Below, in pieces: positions 11,048-21,625 of a stretch of DNA of 37,025 nt. Position 1 is the first letter of the stretch. Each line of letters starts with the position of its first letter. Source of the DNA: a virus (taxonomy: Duplodnaviria > Caudoviricetes). Under the pieces are notes generated by a model that saw only the letters and a program-made list of their open reading frames with translations, had not been told where the DNA came from and made no database searches. The stretch lies in the IMG/VR virus record IMGVR_UViG_3300030207_001251, positions 1-37,025 of that record; one strand, written 5' to 3'. The position numbers were made by a program, and so were the translations under genes.

Positions 11048-11419
11048 ATGGTTACAGAATATAACGGAAACATAGATGGACTTTGGACCCCACAGGGTTC
11101 AGTTGTAACTCGTGTCGTAGACTTAGGTGGAGACACAGGTGCAAAAGTTTATCATTTCAAGGTTAAAGACCCTGTAACCGGTAAACTCTTTGAACTAAGG
11201 GTGCTTGGAGACGACACTCATAGTAAAGCAGAGATAGAAGACTTAGCAGGTAATGCTTATGAAAAATGGCTTTTAGATATGAGAGCAAAAGAACATAAGA
11301 GAAAACCTACAGCAGAGGAAAAAAAAGAAATTGGTAAAATCATCCGTGAGATGAAAGAATATTGGAAGAAGAGGAATGAGTCTTCAACTGGTAAATTATA
11401 TTTTGAAGGAGCCAAATGA
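11048..11419 (+). CDS. Hypothetical protein
   Basis: 123-aa ORF tightly packed in the structural module. Confidence 0.65.
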   Translation: MVTEYNGNIDGLWTPQGSVVTRVVDLGGDTGAKVYHFKVKDPVTGKLFELRVLGDDTHSKAEIEDLAGNAYEKWLLDMRAKEHKRKPTAEEKKEIGKIIREMKEYWKKRNESSTGKLYFEGAK

Positions 11420-11793
11420 CATTACAACAAGTACATGATAGTTTAAATATCCACAGTGCATCCATTCCTTTTTATTTGGAAACAAGTTTTAGTGCTGATG
11501 ATACAGACAATCATGATTTTATTTTTAGTGGGAACGGAAAATCCGTTCAAACAATTCATGTAAACAATGCAAGCAATCAGACTGCAACTATAACTTTATA
11601 CGGTTGTCAGGCATCTGATTCAACTGTCGGTTCCACAACTGCAGTTCAGATAGGTTCGTTTACAGTAGCAGCAACAAGTGGAGGCTATGAATGTTGTAGT
11701 GACCCATTTCCGTATTACATTGTAAGGATTGCTTACAGTTCTACACCAGATGGTTCAACTACTAAATTATTTATAAACACAGGGGTGGATTAA
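11416..11793 (+). CDS. Hypothetical virion protein (beta-sandwich-like)
   Basis: 125 aa, ATGA overlap with the previous gene, S/T-rich. Confidence 0.6.
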   Translation: MTLQQVHDSLNIHSASIPFYLETSFSADDTDNHDFIFSGNGKSVQTIHVNNASNQTATITLYGCQASDSTVGSTTAVQIGSFTVAATSGGYECCSDPFPYYIVRIAYSSTPDGSTTKLFINTGVD

Positions 11794-14688
11794 ATGTTAG
11801 GAGTAAAAGCTGCCAGTCTTGGCAAGATGGGGTCGCACACACTTGATGGTGCTTCTCATACAGATGTAACAAGTATGTCTGAGGCTAAAGGTGATATTTT
11901 AGTCTACACAGGCAGCACTTGGGATAAATTAGCAATAGGTACCAACAATAAAATACTTATTGCAGACTCAAGCACATCAACAGGTTTAGCTTGGGCAGAA
12001 GATATTACGATTGGTGGTGACCTAACAGTATCTGGTGACACAATCACGGCAAACGTTGCAACCATTCAGGTTGAAGACAAGAACATGGAGTTGAACAAAG
12101 TTGGTTCTCCTAGTGATTCTAATGCTGATGGTGGTGGTCTAACGATAAAAGGTACCTCTGATAAAACAATTACATTTACAAACGCTACTGGTGACTTTGA
12201 TTTTTCAGAAAACGTAGATATAGCCAGTGGTAAAACATTTAAAGTAGCCGGCACTACAGTTCTATCAAACAATACTTTAGGTAGTGGAGTTACATCTTCA
12301 TCACTAACAGAACTTGGAACAATAACTACAGGTGTTTGGAACGGTACTGCAATAGGTTTAGCTTATGGTGGTACAGGACTTGTTGGTGCTACAGACGGTA
12401 AAATAGTTGTAGCAGACGGCTCTGGTGCTCCAGTAGCAGTTCAAGCTATGACTGCTAACGATGGTACTTTTAAACACGAAGTAGGTGGTATTGAGGCAGA
12501 TATATCAGCAATAGCCAAAGGTGGATTAGTTGCTGGTTCTGGTAGTGGTTCAATGGCAATTAGAACTGTTGGAAGCAACGACCATGTACTTACTGCAGAC
12601 AGCAGTGAAGCTACTGGTATGAAATGGGCAGCAGCAGCATCAGGTGCAGTAACTGCACTAAACAATGCTACAGCAAACGAATTAGTTACAGTTGGTTCTA
12701 CAACAACAGAATTAGATGCAGAAGCTAACCTTACATTTGATGGCTCAGGAGACCTTGAGATAGGTGCTGGTTCATCTGGTGACCCTAGAATTACGTTTGA
12801 CATAAACAGCACAGACGAATGGACTGTGGGTGTTGATGACAGTGATAGTGATAAATTTAAAATAGACACTGGTGCTGCAGTAGGTGGAGCAACTAAATTT
12901 AGTTTAGATAGTTCTGGTAATGCAGTTATCGCTGGTGCTCTTACTTTAGGTTCAACCTCTTTTGCAAACTCTGACGGAGTTCTTCAAGTAGCAGGTCAAA
13001 CAAACATTACATCATTAGGAACACTTACTGCTTTGACAGTTGACGACATTGGTTTAGATAGTAAGACAGTTACAATGACTGGTTCTTCTGGTGACACAGC
13101 AACATTAGTAGTTGCAGCAAATGGTGCATTCTCAATAAATACTAACGATGCTTCTGCATCAGCAGCACATCTTACAGTAGATATTGACGGTGATATAACA
13201 TTTGATGCACACACAGGTATATTTAAGTTCTTTGATGCTGGCAGTGAAGTATTTAGAATCACTGAAAGTGGTTCTGGCGACATTACCATGAAAGTAGAAA
13301 CAAATGAAAAAGACCTTATCTTTACAGACAATGGTGATAATGAAGGCTTTAGAATACTAGACAATGCAGCAGGTGTTAAAGTTGCAGGTACCATAGAACT
13401 AGGTCATGCTTCAGATACTACAATAGCAAGAGCAAGTTCGGGTGCTATTACAGTTGAAGGCACTGCAGTATTACTTGCAGGTGCACAAACAGGGATTACC
13501 ACAATATTAAACACAAGCACTAAAGTTGGTAGAGATGCACACAATTTAATTGATTTTACTACTGATGATACAATTGCATTACGACTGAACAACAATGATG
13601 TTTTGAGTTTTACTGAATCATCTTCAGATGTAATTATCAAACCACTTCAAGATTCAAAAGATATAGTATTCCAACAGTACGATGGAACTGAAGTAGCAAG
13701 AGTAGAGGACAATGGAACATTTAATATAGTAACTGACAAGTTAGCAATCAATGGAACAGCAGTTACATCAACAGCAGCAGAGCTAAACATACTTGATGGA
13801 GTAACCTCTACTGCAACTGAATTAAATATTTTAGATGGTGTAACGGCTTCTGCTACTGAATTAAATATCTTAGATGATGCTACCGTTACTACAGCAGAAC
13901 TAAATTTACTAGATGGTGGTACATCAGTTGGTGGTTCTATTACAGTTGGGGATTCTGATGGATTTATTGTAAATGATGGTGGAACAATGAAAACTATCCC
14001 TGCATCAGATGTAAAGACTTACGCAGGTGGTAGTGGTGGTGCTTATTCCCTTATATCTAGCACTAACTTTGGTGCAAGTAGCACTATGACACATGAATTT
14101 CAAAATATATTTACAGAAGAAAATGCAAACTACAGAATATATCTCCAGATGGGTCAATACAACCAAAGTGGTACTCCATTTCCATATTTAAGATTGTATA
14201 CAGATACAGGAACAACTGAAGGTTCAAATGTTAGATATCATGGTAGAAGTGTTGGTTCAGGTGGTGTGTCTACAGAAACTAATTTAGGAACAGCAAATAG
14301 TATTGGTTCTTCTGGTGATGAATGGTCAATGATATGTGCAACTGATACTAATGCTGGTGTAATTCAAGGTGATGACTTTCCAGCTTATCATGCAGTTATA
14401 GATATATTTAATGCTAGACATACAACTGGAACTAGCCAAACAACAAATAGAGATAGAGTAACTTCTATTTCATGTCATGGTGGTTATATGGATATGGCAG
14501 GATACTTTAAACAATTTAGTTTTGAAATTCACATGGATGAAGCAAAAGAATTATTTGGTTTCGGTATACATACATCAAGATACTATCCTGACTCTGATGG
14601 TGCTTTAGGTACAAACCTGCATGGTTCAAATAATCCTACTGAAGGTATGGCAGGGCAATTTGATTTATATAAAATAAGTGTTACATAG
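11794..14688 (+). CDS. Tail fibre / receptor-binding protein
   Basis: 964 aa, G/S/T/A-rich modular repeats (KGDILVYTG, SSLTELGT, ELNILDG x4), distinct aromatic-rich C-terminal domain. Confidence 0.8.
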   Translation: MLGVKAASLGKMGSHTLDGASHTDVTSMSEAKGDILVYTGSTWDKLAIGTNNKILIADSSTSTGLAWAEDITIGGDLTVSGDTITANVATIQVEDKNMELNKVGSPSDSNADGGGLTIKGTSDKTITFTNATGDFDFSENVDIASGKTFKVAGTTVLSNNTLGSGVTSSSLTELGTITTGVWNGTAIGLAYGGTGLVGATDGKIVVADGSGAPVAVQAMTANDGTFKHEVGGIEADISAIAKGGLVAGSGSGSMAIRTVGSNDHVLTADSSEATGMKWAAAASGAVTALNNATANELVTVGSTTTELDAEANLTFDGSGDLEIGAGSSGDPRITFDINSTDEWTVGVDDSDSDKFKIDTGAAVGGATKFSLDSSGNAVIAGALTLGSTSFANSDGVLQVAGQTNITSLGTLTALTVDDIGLDSKTVTMTGSSGDTATLVVAANGAFSINTNDASASAAHLTVDIDGDITFDAHTGIFKFFDAGSEVFRITESGSGDITMKVETNEKDLIFTDNGDNEGFRILDNAAGVKVAGTIELGHASDTTIARASSGAITVEGTAVLLAGAQTGITTILNTSTKVGRDAHNLIDFTTDDTIALRLNNNDVLSFTESSSDVIIKPLQDSKDIVFQQYDGTEVARVEDNGTFNIVTDKLAINGTAVTSTAAELNILDGVTSTATELNILDGVTASATELNILDDATVTTAELNLLDGGTSVGGSITVGDSDGFIVNDGGTMKTIPASDVKTYAGGSGGAYSLISSTNFGASSTMTHEFQNIFTEENANYRIYLQMGQYNQSGTPFPYLRLYTDTGTTEGSNVRYHGRSVGSGGVSTETNLGTANSIGSSGDEWSMICATDTNAGVIQGDDFPAYHAVIDIFNARHTTGTSQTTNRDRVTSISCHGGYMDMAGYFKQFSFEIHMDEAKELFGFGIHTSRYYPDSDGALGTNLHGSNNPTEGMAGQFDLYKISVT
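13759..13917 (+). repeat. Four tandem ~14-aa coding repeats (VT.TA.ELN(I/L)LD) in the tail fibre
   Basis: Seen in the translation and as ~42-nt DNA repeats (GAATTAAATAT...). Confidence 0.85.
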
Positions 14689-14696
14689 GAGATAAT

Positions 14697-15089
14697 ATGG
14701 CTACATGGAAAGATACAGATGGTTTTACAGATGCACAAGTCGCTGTGTTAAATAATTTAAGTGATTCAAGATATAACAATGATATTTATAATTGGTCAAA
14801 TGAATACTTTCAATCAAGCCTTGTTGATACTGATGTAGAAAATTTAAGAGCAATGGTAAATATTACAAACTATCAATTAGTAAGTGTTAATCCATCTGTT
14901 TTGCAAAGCACTTTAAATGTTACATACGATAGTGCTAGTGATTATACAGACCAAGAAAAGTCTTGGATTGCAGGTTGGAAATTTAATAATGCAGGAAAAA
15001 TAGGTTTTGCAATAGCAAGGGCTAAAAGATTATCAGCACTTTCCTATGCAGACCAAACTATTATAGACCTTTTAGGAGAATCATTGTAA
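14697..15089 (+). CDS. Hypothetical protein (possibly fibre-associated)
   Basis: 130 aa, AGGAG RBS, follows the tail fibre. Confidence 0.6.
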   Translation: MATWKDTDGFTDAQVAVLNNLSDSRYNNDIYNWSNEYFQSSLVDTDVENLRAMVNITNYQLVSVNPSVLQSTLNVTYDSASDYTDQEKSWIAGWKFNNAGKIGFAIARAKRLSALSYADQTIIDLLGESL

Positions 15090-16363
15090 TGGCAGCGATA
15101 CAATCAAAAAATAGAGCAGAACTAAGACAGTCAATAGGCTACCAGCTTGGTGCTTGTACTGTGGGTACTGCTACTGCAGATGGAGATACAACTACTTTTA
15201 AAGATACAGTAAATCTTTTTGGTGGAGACGATGAGTACAATGGTTCATGGCTTGTAGTTACAGATGCTACAGACAACACTGTAAACATAAGAAGAATAAC
15301 TGACTATGCTTCTAGCACTAGCACAATTACAGTATCACCTGCACTTACTTTCAACGTTGCTACTGGAGATGCTTACGAAATATATGACAACGATTTACCA
15401 CCTGCAAGAATACACGATTTTATAAACAGGGCTATATCTGGGATTACAAGAAAAGGTGCTCCACAGACTACTGACTTTAGTTTACATTCATCATCTGAAG
15501 TATATGCTTACTCATTACCTTCAGATTTAGTTGGATTACAAAAGGTAGAATACAGAAAAAAATACTTTGGTAAATCATTACTTACTTGTGATGCTGTCTT
15601 TGATGAAGTAACAACTGGTGTTTCAAGCGTTGTAGTAGATGAAGAAGACCACAGAGAAGGTCAAGCTGCAAACAAAATGGTTATTCCTGACTCTACTGGC
15701 ATAAATACAATATTAATATCTGATTCAATAACATCAACAAACATATCAGGTTATACTCATTTAGAATTTTTTATAAAAACAAACGTTGCACTTACAGCAG
15801 GTCAATTTGCAGTTAGACTATCTGCAGTAGCAAACAACGCTACAAGTGGTGTCTATGAAGACGTAGCAGTGCCTGCAACATCAGCAGACACATGGACTCA
15901 TCACAGAATAGCTTTGAGTAGTGCAGAGAACCTAACGGCTATAATATCTGTTGGCTTGATACAAGTAGCAGACATTGGTGCAGCAACTGTATCAATAGAT
16001 GATATTAAGGTATCAAGAGACTACGGTGCAGCATACGAAGAAATACACAGAAACTTTTACACAATAGACAGAGCAAACAGAAGATTAGTGTTTGATGAGA
16101 ATGCTAGAGCAGTTGTAAGAAACTCTTTGCTCAAACTTACAGGAGTAAAAAAACCTACACTGCTTACATCTGACACAACAAGTTGTGATGTAGAGCCAGA
16201 GTTTATTATCCAAAAGGCATCATCAATGGCGTTGCTTGCTAGGTCTGACAGGTCTGCTGAAAGAAGAGAAGCAGCACAATTAGATAGTGAAAGAATGAAT
16301 TTACAAGCAGAGCAAACGTTAGCAAGGAGTCAAACTCCACAGAGGTGTGTTTGGATTGATTGA
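15089..16363 (+). CDS. Putative head-tail adaptor (tail tubular A-like) with inserted beta domains
   Basis: Helical ends (RAELRQSIG; IHDFINRAI; EFIIQKAS..LL) flank beta-rich inserts; upstream of a nozzle-sized gene. Confidence 0.5.
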   Translation: MAAIQSKNRAELRQSIGYQLGACTVGTATADGDTTTFKDTVNLFGGDDEYNGSWLVVTDATDNTVNIRRITDYASSTSTITVSPALTFNVATGDAYEIYDNDLPPARIHDFINRAISGITRKGAPQTTDFSLHSSSEVYAYSLPSDLVGLQKVEYRKKYFGKSLLTCDAVFDEVTTGVSSVVVDEEDHREGQAANKMVIPDSTGINTILISDSITSTNISGYTHLEFFIKTNVALTAGQFAVRLSAVANNATSGVYEDVAVPATSADTWTHHRIALSSAENLTAIISVGLIQVADIGAATVSIDDIKVSRDYGAAYEEIHRNFYTIDRANRRLVFDENARAVVRNSLLKLTGVKKPTLLTSDTTSCDVEPEFIIQKASSMALLARSDRSAERREAAQLDSERMNLQAEQTLARSQTPQRCVWID

Positions 16364-18249
16364 TGGCAACAAGAGTAGTAGACGAAAATGAAATAATATT
16401 AAATGGTGTTTACTACCGTGTATCTAATCCTGTAAGAAGATTTATCACAAGTCAGTTTCCCGGCAAGATTACTCTTGGTGATTACAACCTAGAGTCAAAC
16501 CCTATTACATCTACGTTTGTATCTAGTGACCACAGAGGTGGTATAGGTATAGAACGTATGGACCCATCAAAAGATTTAGATAGAGTCTGGTGGTCTACTG
16601 GTCAACTAAGACACAAAGACCACTTTGTTTTACCGAAGCTGGCAGTTGCTAGTGGTAGTGACCCTGATACAACCTTAGAGCAATTTTTAACCTTCAAAGG
16701 GGTGCTGTATGCAGCAGGAGGAGGATTCCTGCATACATACAACACAAACAACACTTGGACAACTATTGAAGTGTCAACGACAACACCAATTGACAGTGCA
16801 ACAGATGCTGAGGTTGGAATGGTAAATAGTGTACCAACAGCAGTTTTTGCAAATAATAGGGGTGTATATTACAGCACAACAGGTTCTGGTTGGGCTTCAA
16901 ACTCAACTGCAAGCACACCGTTTATAGCATTTTTTAAAGACCAAATATATGCAATAGACAAAGACGGACAACTAAGACGTTCATCTGATTTGTCAGGCAG
17001 TTGGACTAATGATGCTCTACTTCAATTAGATGATGACTCAATAGTAGGTTTAATTGTCGCAAGAAATGCAAGTCAAGATAGAGTCTTATACGCAGTGACT
17101 CAACAAGGTTTATATGTGCATGATGATGCCAACACAAGATTTATTAAAACAGATTTTATTATTCCAAAAAATAAAGATAATGGAATAGGCACAGCAACAT
17201 GGAGAGGTAGTATTTATTATCCATCAAGCATGGGTTTATATAAAATAAATGTAGGTAGAGATGCAACAGTGGTTACAACTGTTGGTCTTGATAAAGATGA
17301 TGGTGTGCCCCAAGTTTACAGAGGAAAAATTACAAAGGTTATTCCTACACTTAACGAGTTATTATTAGTTGTAAATGCACAAGAACAAGACACAACTCCT
17401 TTGACAAGTAAGATACACGCTACTGCAGGTAGCCGGTCCAGAATGAATACACAAATAGGTGGAGGTCTAACTGGGTTTTCTTATATTGCAGCTTTTGATG
17501 ATAGAGGCTATGAGATAAAACATATTACAGGTTCTAGTTCAGCAGGTATTACAGGTGCATTTGTTGGCACAGACCAAGACCAATATAGGTTGTGGGTAAA
17601 CTATGATAACAATGCTTACTATGTAAATTTATCAACAGATGTCATTAATCCAAGTCAGATTGCTGACCAAACTTATGCAAGTTCAGCAACTCTTGAGACA
17701 CCATACTTTGATGCAAACGTTATTGGTCAAGACAAAGTAGCACTAGCACTTAGAGTAGAAACAGAAAATCCTACGACTGACGAAACTGTTACAGTGTCAT
17801 ACGCTACAAACTACAATGATACGTTTACAGCTTTATCTGCAATATCAAGCACTGGCGAGACAGAATTTAAACTACCATCTAGTGCAAATCCAGTTGGGGT
17901 AGAGTTTAGAAGTATAAAATTTAAGGTGGCACTAGCAAGAGGCAGCACAAACACAAACAGTCCTGACATGATAAAACTCGCTTTACTATTTAAAAAAACA
18001 CTACCAGTGCAGTTTGGTTTTGATGTTGTACTTGATTTAACTAATGACCACAAAGGTAAAACAATAAGAGATATGCAAGCTGCAGTAGATACTGCAATAG
18101 CAAATAAAACTCTTATGGAACTTACTTACCGTGATGATTCCGGTGGCACTAGAAATTACTATGTCACCGTGCTGAGTGCACAGGCTCTGGAGGAAACTGG
18201 GCTAAATGAGAGGGCACGTTTTAGATTAACGTTAAGTGAGGCTGTGTAG
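16360..18249 (+). CDS. Putative tail nozzle (tail tubular B-like, beta-propeller)
   Basis: 629 aa with propeller-like repeats (FKGVLYAAG, FKDQIYAI, WRGSIYY) and LETPYFD motif. Confidence 0.55.
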   Translation: MMATRVVDENEIILNGVYYRVSNPVRRFITSQFPGKITLGDYNLESNPITSTFVSSDHRGGIGIERMDPSKDLDRVWWSTGQLRHKDHFVLPKLAVASGSDPDTTLEQFLTFKGVLYAAGGGFLHTYNTNNTWTTIEVSTTTPIDSATDAEVGMVNSVPTAVFANNRGVYYSTTGSGWASNSTASTPFIAFFKDQIYAIDKDGQLRRSSDLSGSWTNDALLQLDDDSIVGLIVARNASQDRVLYAVTQQGLYVHDDANTRFIKTDFIIPKNKDNGIGTATWRGSIYYPSSMGLYKINVGRDATVVTTVGLDKDDGVPQVYRGKITKVIPTLNELLLVVNAQEQDTTPLTSKIHATAGSRSRMNTQIGGGLTGFSYIAAFDDRGYEIKHITGSSSAGITGAFVGTDQDQYRLWVNYDNNAYYVNLSTDVINPSQIADQTYASSATLETPYFDANVIGQDKVALALRVETENPTTDETVTVSYATNYNDTFTALSAISSTGETEFKLPSSANPVGVEFRSIKFKVALARGSTNTNSPDMIKLALLFKKTLPVQFGFDVVLDLTNDHKGKTIRDMQAAVDTAIANKTLMELTYRDDSGGTRNYYVTVLSAQALEETGLNERARFRLTLSEAV

Positions 18250-18671
18250 TGGTAACCCAGAGGCAGAGGAGAACAAGCAGTGGTAGGGTCCTAGAGCCTG
18301 TACCTCAGTGGTGGACATTGGCAGGAGGAAGCCAACCAGAATACTATGTATATAAAGCATTGCTAAGGACTGGTAGAAAACTAAATGTAGACTTTACTTA
18401 CCAATCAAAACAATTTGGTGGGAGACTTGAAAGAGGTGGTGCTGTTGCAGACTTTTTAATCGTATCTCCACCGATGGGAATAAACGTTCAGAGCAAATAT
18501 TATCATGCAAGAACGACTAATCAACGAGCACATGATAGACTACAGAGAGAGCAATATGAGGCTAATGGTATAAAAATAGCCTTTATTGACGAGGATGAGG
18601 CGTTTGAAAACGCTGACTATTATGTTAGAAGGGCGTTAAGTGGTTACACTAGCACGCCGTTAGGAGACTAA
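18249..18671 (+). CDS. Vsr/DUF559-like endonuclease-fold protein
   Basis: ADFL...INVQSKYYH...HDRLQREQYEANGIKIAFI matches the family pattern; the usual catalytic Glu appears replaced. Confidence 0.55.
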   Translation: MVTQRQRRTSSGRVLEPVPQWWTLAGGSQPEYYVYKALLRTGRKLNVDFTYQSKQFGGRLERGGAVADFLIVSPPMGINVQSKYYHARTTNQRAHDRLQREQYEANGIKIAFIDEDEAFENADYYVRRALSGYTSTPLGD

Positions 18672-18673
18672 AT

Positions 18674-19810
18674 ATGGGAATAGAAATTACGGGATTTGCA
18701 TACGATTCTGCAGGTGCTGCTTTAGCAAGCAAGTCTGTAAATTTATACGATAGAAACACCACTACAAATTCAAGAGCATCTACGACTACAAACTCAGATG
18801 GTAAATTTACTTTTAGTAATTCTGATGTAACTGTCAGCAGTGTTTATCAAATGGATGTAGAAATAACAGATGGCAGCAATAAAACTAGATACAAGTATGA
18901 TGATGAAATAATGCTCCAAAGAGTAGACGTAAAAGACTTTGTTTTAAGGTCTGGTTCTGCTAATCAATATGTTGGAACAGTGGTGCCTACAACATTAACT
19001 GCAGACAGAACATATACCTTACCTAACCACACAGGAAATATTTTAGCTGCACCAAGTGTTACTTTAGACTCAGCAAATAGATTGTTTCTAAATGATACAG
19101 CATCGTCTTCTTTAAACATTAATGCTGGTTTGTGTATAAACGGTGGTGCAAGCACTACACAAATGATTGAGTTAAAAACTGGTAACTCATTTGCTCATGG
19201 ACTTACAGGCACTGCAGAGACTGATACTTTTGGTACTTTTGGTCCTGCAGATAGCAATGGTGGTTTAAGAATTGTTGGAATAAATGATGCACAACAATCA
19301 GATAGTTTTGATGGTGCAGTTCAAATACGAGGTGTTCAAAAGGCAACAGCAAACTCGGGTTCTACAAACAGTGCAAGTGCACCAGTTATTATTGAAGGTA
19401 TAGAACACGATGGGTCAAACGGTATGAGTGAATTAGGTGCTGACGAAAACGTAGTTGTGTTTAAAAAAGCCTCAACTGATTCTTCTACAACTCACATATT
19501 TAAAGGTGACGGAGACATATTCGTTGACGGTTCAACTACAATCACAGCCTTTGATGATTACGATGACGTAGCTTTGCTTACTGCATGGAACGGTGCTGTG
19601 ACACAAGATAATAGATATAAAGTAGAGTTTAAATCTTGGGTTGATGAACACAAAGATACTCTTGAAAGTTTAGGAATAATTGCACCAAACTCTGACGGCA
19701 CATTTCACTACTCAATCAAAAACTTAAACACTTTGATGGTAGGTGCTATTAGACAACTAGGTGCAAAAGTAAATAAACTAGAAGAACAACTAGCTTTGAA
19801 AGGAGCATAA
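18674..19810 (+). CDS. Second tail fibre/spike with chaperone-like C-terminal coiled coil
   Basis: N-terminal Ig-like TTTNSDGKFTF, LTADRTYTLP, and C-terminal LMVGAIRQLGAKVNKLE resembling intramolecular chaperone ends. Confidence 0.6.
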   Translation: MGIEITGFAYDSAGAALASKSVNLYDRNTTTNSRASTTTNSDGKFTFSNSDVTVSSVYQMDVEITDGSNKTRYKYDDEIMLQRVDVKDFVLRSGSANQYVGTVVPTTLTADRTYTLPNHTGNILAAPSVTLDSANRLFLNDTASSSLNINAGLCINGGASTTQMIELKTGNSFAHGLTGTAETDTFGTFGPADSNGGLRIVGINDAQQSDSFDGAVQIRGVQKATANSGSTNSASAPVIIEGIEHDGSNGMSELGADENVVVFKKASTDSSTTHIFKGDGDIFVDGSTTITAFDDYDDVALLTAWNGAVTQDNRYKVEFKSWVDEHKDTLESLGIIAPNSDGTFHYSIKNLNTLMVGAIRQLGAKVNKLEEQLALKGA

Positions 19811-19996
19811 ATGGCAGATTTAACAGTATCAGTAACTGATGCACAGTTAACTAGAATTAAAAAAGCGTTAACTGAAAATGGTGTGGAGCCTGATAATGCA
19901 GGCGTTGTGACGTGGTTAAACAATCAACTAAACAACAGAGTCAAAATATACGAGGAAGCTGTAGCAGTTGACTCGGTATCTGGCTTAGGACTATAA
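19811..19996 (+). CDS. Hypothetical protein
   Basis: 61 aa, AGGAG RBS. Confidence 0.6.
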   Translation: MADLTVSVTDAQLTRIKKALTENGVEPDNAGVVTWLNNQLNNRVKIYEEAVAVDSVSGLGL

Positions 19997-20002
19997 GGAA
20001 CT

Positions 20003-20170
20003 ATGGATAACGAAATAAGTATTAAAGCAGAAGATGTGCAAAGTGCAATACAAAAAAACCCAGCAATAGACTGGGCTTTAAAAGAAGAAGCGTTATTAAG
20101 ACAAATTAAAGAATTAAAAGAAAAACTTTCTCAATATGAGGAAGACGAACAGGAGGACAAAGATGCCTAA
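20003..20170 (+). CDS. Small hypothetical protein (55 aa, not in ORF track)
   Basis: MDNEISIKAEDVQSAIQKNP...; AAGGA RBS; fills the gap. Confidence 0.6.
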   Translation: MDNEISIKAEDVQSAIQKNPAIDWALKEEALLRQIKELKEKLSQYEEDEQEDKDA

Positions 20171-20258
20171 ACATTACGGTGGTGGAAACAAAATGGGTGG
20201 AATGATGAAGAAAAAGAGGAACGGTAAAAAAAAGAATGGCACCAAGAAAAAAAAGTAA
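20163..20258 (+). CDS. 31-aa Lys-rich peptide (not in ORF track)
   Basis: MPKHYGGGNKMGGMMKKKRNGKKKNGTKKKK; AGGAGG RBS upstream. Confidence 0.55.
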   Translation: MPKHYGGGNKMGGMMKKKRNGKKKNGTKKKK

Positions 20259-20430
20259 AACAGCCAAAGGCGTTTCACTAAGTGGTTTGACTGCTAAACA
20301 GCAGACAACCATGGTTAAACACGCTAAACATCATACTGCAAAGCATATTAGAGATATGAAAAAACGTATGATGAAAGGTGTGTCATTTACAGCAGCCCAC
20401 AAACAATCACAGAAAGCAGTAGGAAGATGA
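20236..20430 (+). CDS. Small basic protein (Lys/His-rich)
   Basis: 64 aa, highly basic. Confidence 0.65.
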   Translation: MAPRKKSKTAKGVSLSGLTAKQQTTMVKHAKHHTAKHIRDMKKRMMKGVSFTAAHKQSQKAVGR

Positions 20431-20639
20431 AATTTATTCTTAAATTTTTACCACAACCCTACAAGAATATAGTTACATTCTTTTTGTCTACACTTGAAAA
20501 TGTAAACGAGAAAGAAGAACTAGAAAGAATAGGTAAACTATTTGCAGACATTCTTGAAGATGGTCACGTTACACCACAAGAGTGGTTATCTCTTGCAGGT
20601 AAAAACGGACTTGGTATACTAAAAGGTAATGGCAAGTAG
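20427..20639 (+). CDS. Hypothetical protein
   Basis: 70 aa, ATGA overlap with the previous gene. Confidence 0.6.
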   Translation: MKFILKFLPQPYKNIVTFFLSTLENVNEKEELERIGKLFADILEDGHVTPQEWLSLAGKNGLGILKGNGK

Positions 20640-20859
20640 AACTAAAAAAAAGAAAACTAAAAAAAAGGCAACCACAGGTAAACGTAAGTTTAAAAAGGTC
20701 CCTAAGACCAAAGGTGGTGTGCCTAAAAAGTACGTCAAGGGTGCTAAGAATCCAAAGGCTAGAGAAGCTGAGATAAAGAGAACTAGAAAACTTTATCGTG
20801 AAGGTAAACTTACACCTGCTATGATGGACAGAATAAGTAAACAGAGGAGCAGAGGATAG
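20629..20859 (+). CDS. Small basic protein (GVPKKY motif)
   Basis: 76 aa, very K/R-rich. Confidence 0.65.
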   Translation: MASRTKKKKTKKKATTGKRKFKKVPKTKGGVPKKYVKGAKNPKAREAEIKRTRKLYREGKLTPAMMDRISKQRSRG

Positions 20860-21170
20860 TGTCAGCAGGAAGATATAAAAGTATTCCCGGAGCAAGCAGG
20901 TACTCTAAATCTACCTTAGATAAGGTATACAAGAGAGGACTTGGTGCTTACTATTCATCTGGTAGCAGACCAAAAACAAGTGCTCATGCTTGGGCTATGG
21001 GAAGAGTAAAGTCTTTTGTAAGTGGTAAAGGTGGTGCAAGAAAAGCAGATAAAGATTTACTTAGAGGTGGTAGCAAAAAAACTACTGCAAAGAAGACTAC
21101 CAAGAAGAAAACTACCAAGAAGAAAACAACTCGTAGAAAGCGAGTAAAGACCATGGGTATGGGTAGTTAA
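20859..21170 (+). CDS. Small basic protein, DUF5824-like
   Basis: LDKVYKRGLGAYYSSGSRP..SAHAWAMGRVKSF recalls a family seen in marine viruses (from memory, unverified); KKTT-repeat tail. Confidence 0.6.
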   Translation: MSAGRYKSIPGASRYSKSTLDKVYKRGLGAYYSSGSRPKTSAHAWAMGRVKSFVSGKGGARKADKDLLRGGSKKTTAKKTTKKKTTKKKTTRRKRVKTMGMGS

Positions 21171-21485
21171 ATGGCACATGATAGTAGAAAGAAATCTATG
21201 CTCAAAAAGTATGGTCTTAAAGGTGTAAACAAAGCTAAGAGAACACCAAACCATCCTACAAAGTCACACGTTGTTCTTGCACAAGAAGGTCATACACTAA
21301 AACTAATTAGGTTTGGACAGCAAGGTAAACGTGTAGGCACATTGAAAGGCACAGCAGGTAAACCAAAGAAAGGTGAGTCTGCTAGAATGAAAGCCAAAAG
21401 AAAATCATTTAAAGCAAGGCACGCCAAGAATATTGCTAGAGGTAAAATGTCAGCAGCTTGGTGGGCAGATAAGGTGAAGTGGTAA
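21171..21485 (+). CDS. Small basic protein (IRFGQQG / SFKARH / WADKVKW family of marine phages)
   Basis: 104 aa with a recognisable conserved motif set. Confidence 0.65.
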   Translation: MAHDSRKKSMLKKYGLKGVNKAKRTPNHPTKSHVVLAQEGHTLKLIRFGQQGKRVGTLKGTAGKPKKGESARMKAKRKSFKARHAKNIARGKMSAAWWADKVKW

Positions 21486-21625
21486 TGCCAAAACCAAAAG
21501 GTAAAAAGAAATACAGCCCAAAGCAAAAGAAACTTGCACGAGTCGCACCACCACGAGACAAGATTACAGGTGCAGACTTTAAGAAGCTAAAAAGAAGAAA
21601 GAAAACTACTAAAAAACGTGGATAA
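21485..21625 (+). CDS. 46-aa basic protein (not in ORF track)
   Basis: MPKPKGKKKYSPKQKKLARVAPPRDKITGADFKKLK...; TAATG overlap with the previous gene. Confidence 0.6.
   Translation: MPKPKGKKKYSPKQKKLARVAPPRDKITGADFKKLKRRKKTTKKRG

Noticed and set aside
143-19923. Many short antisense or alternate-frame ORFs within structural genes
   Set aside because: Shadows of codon bias in long, tightly packed + strand genes.
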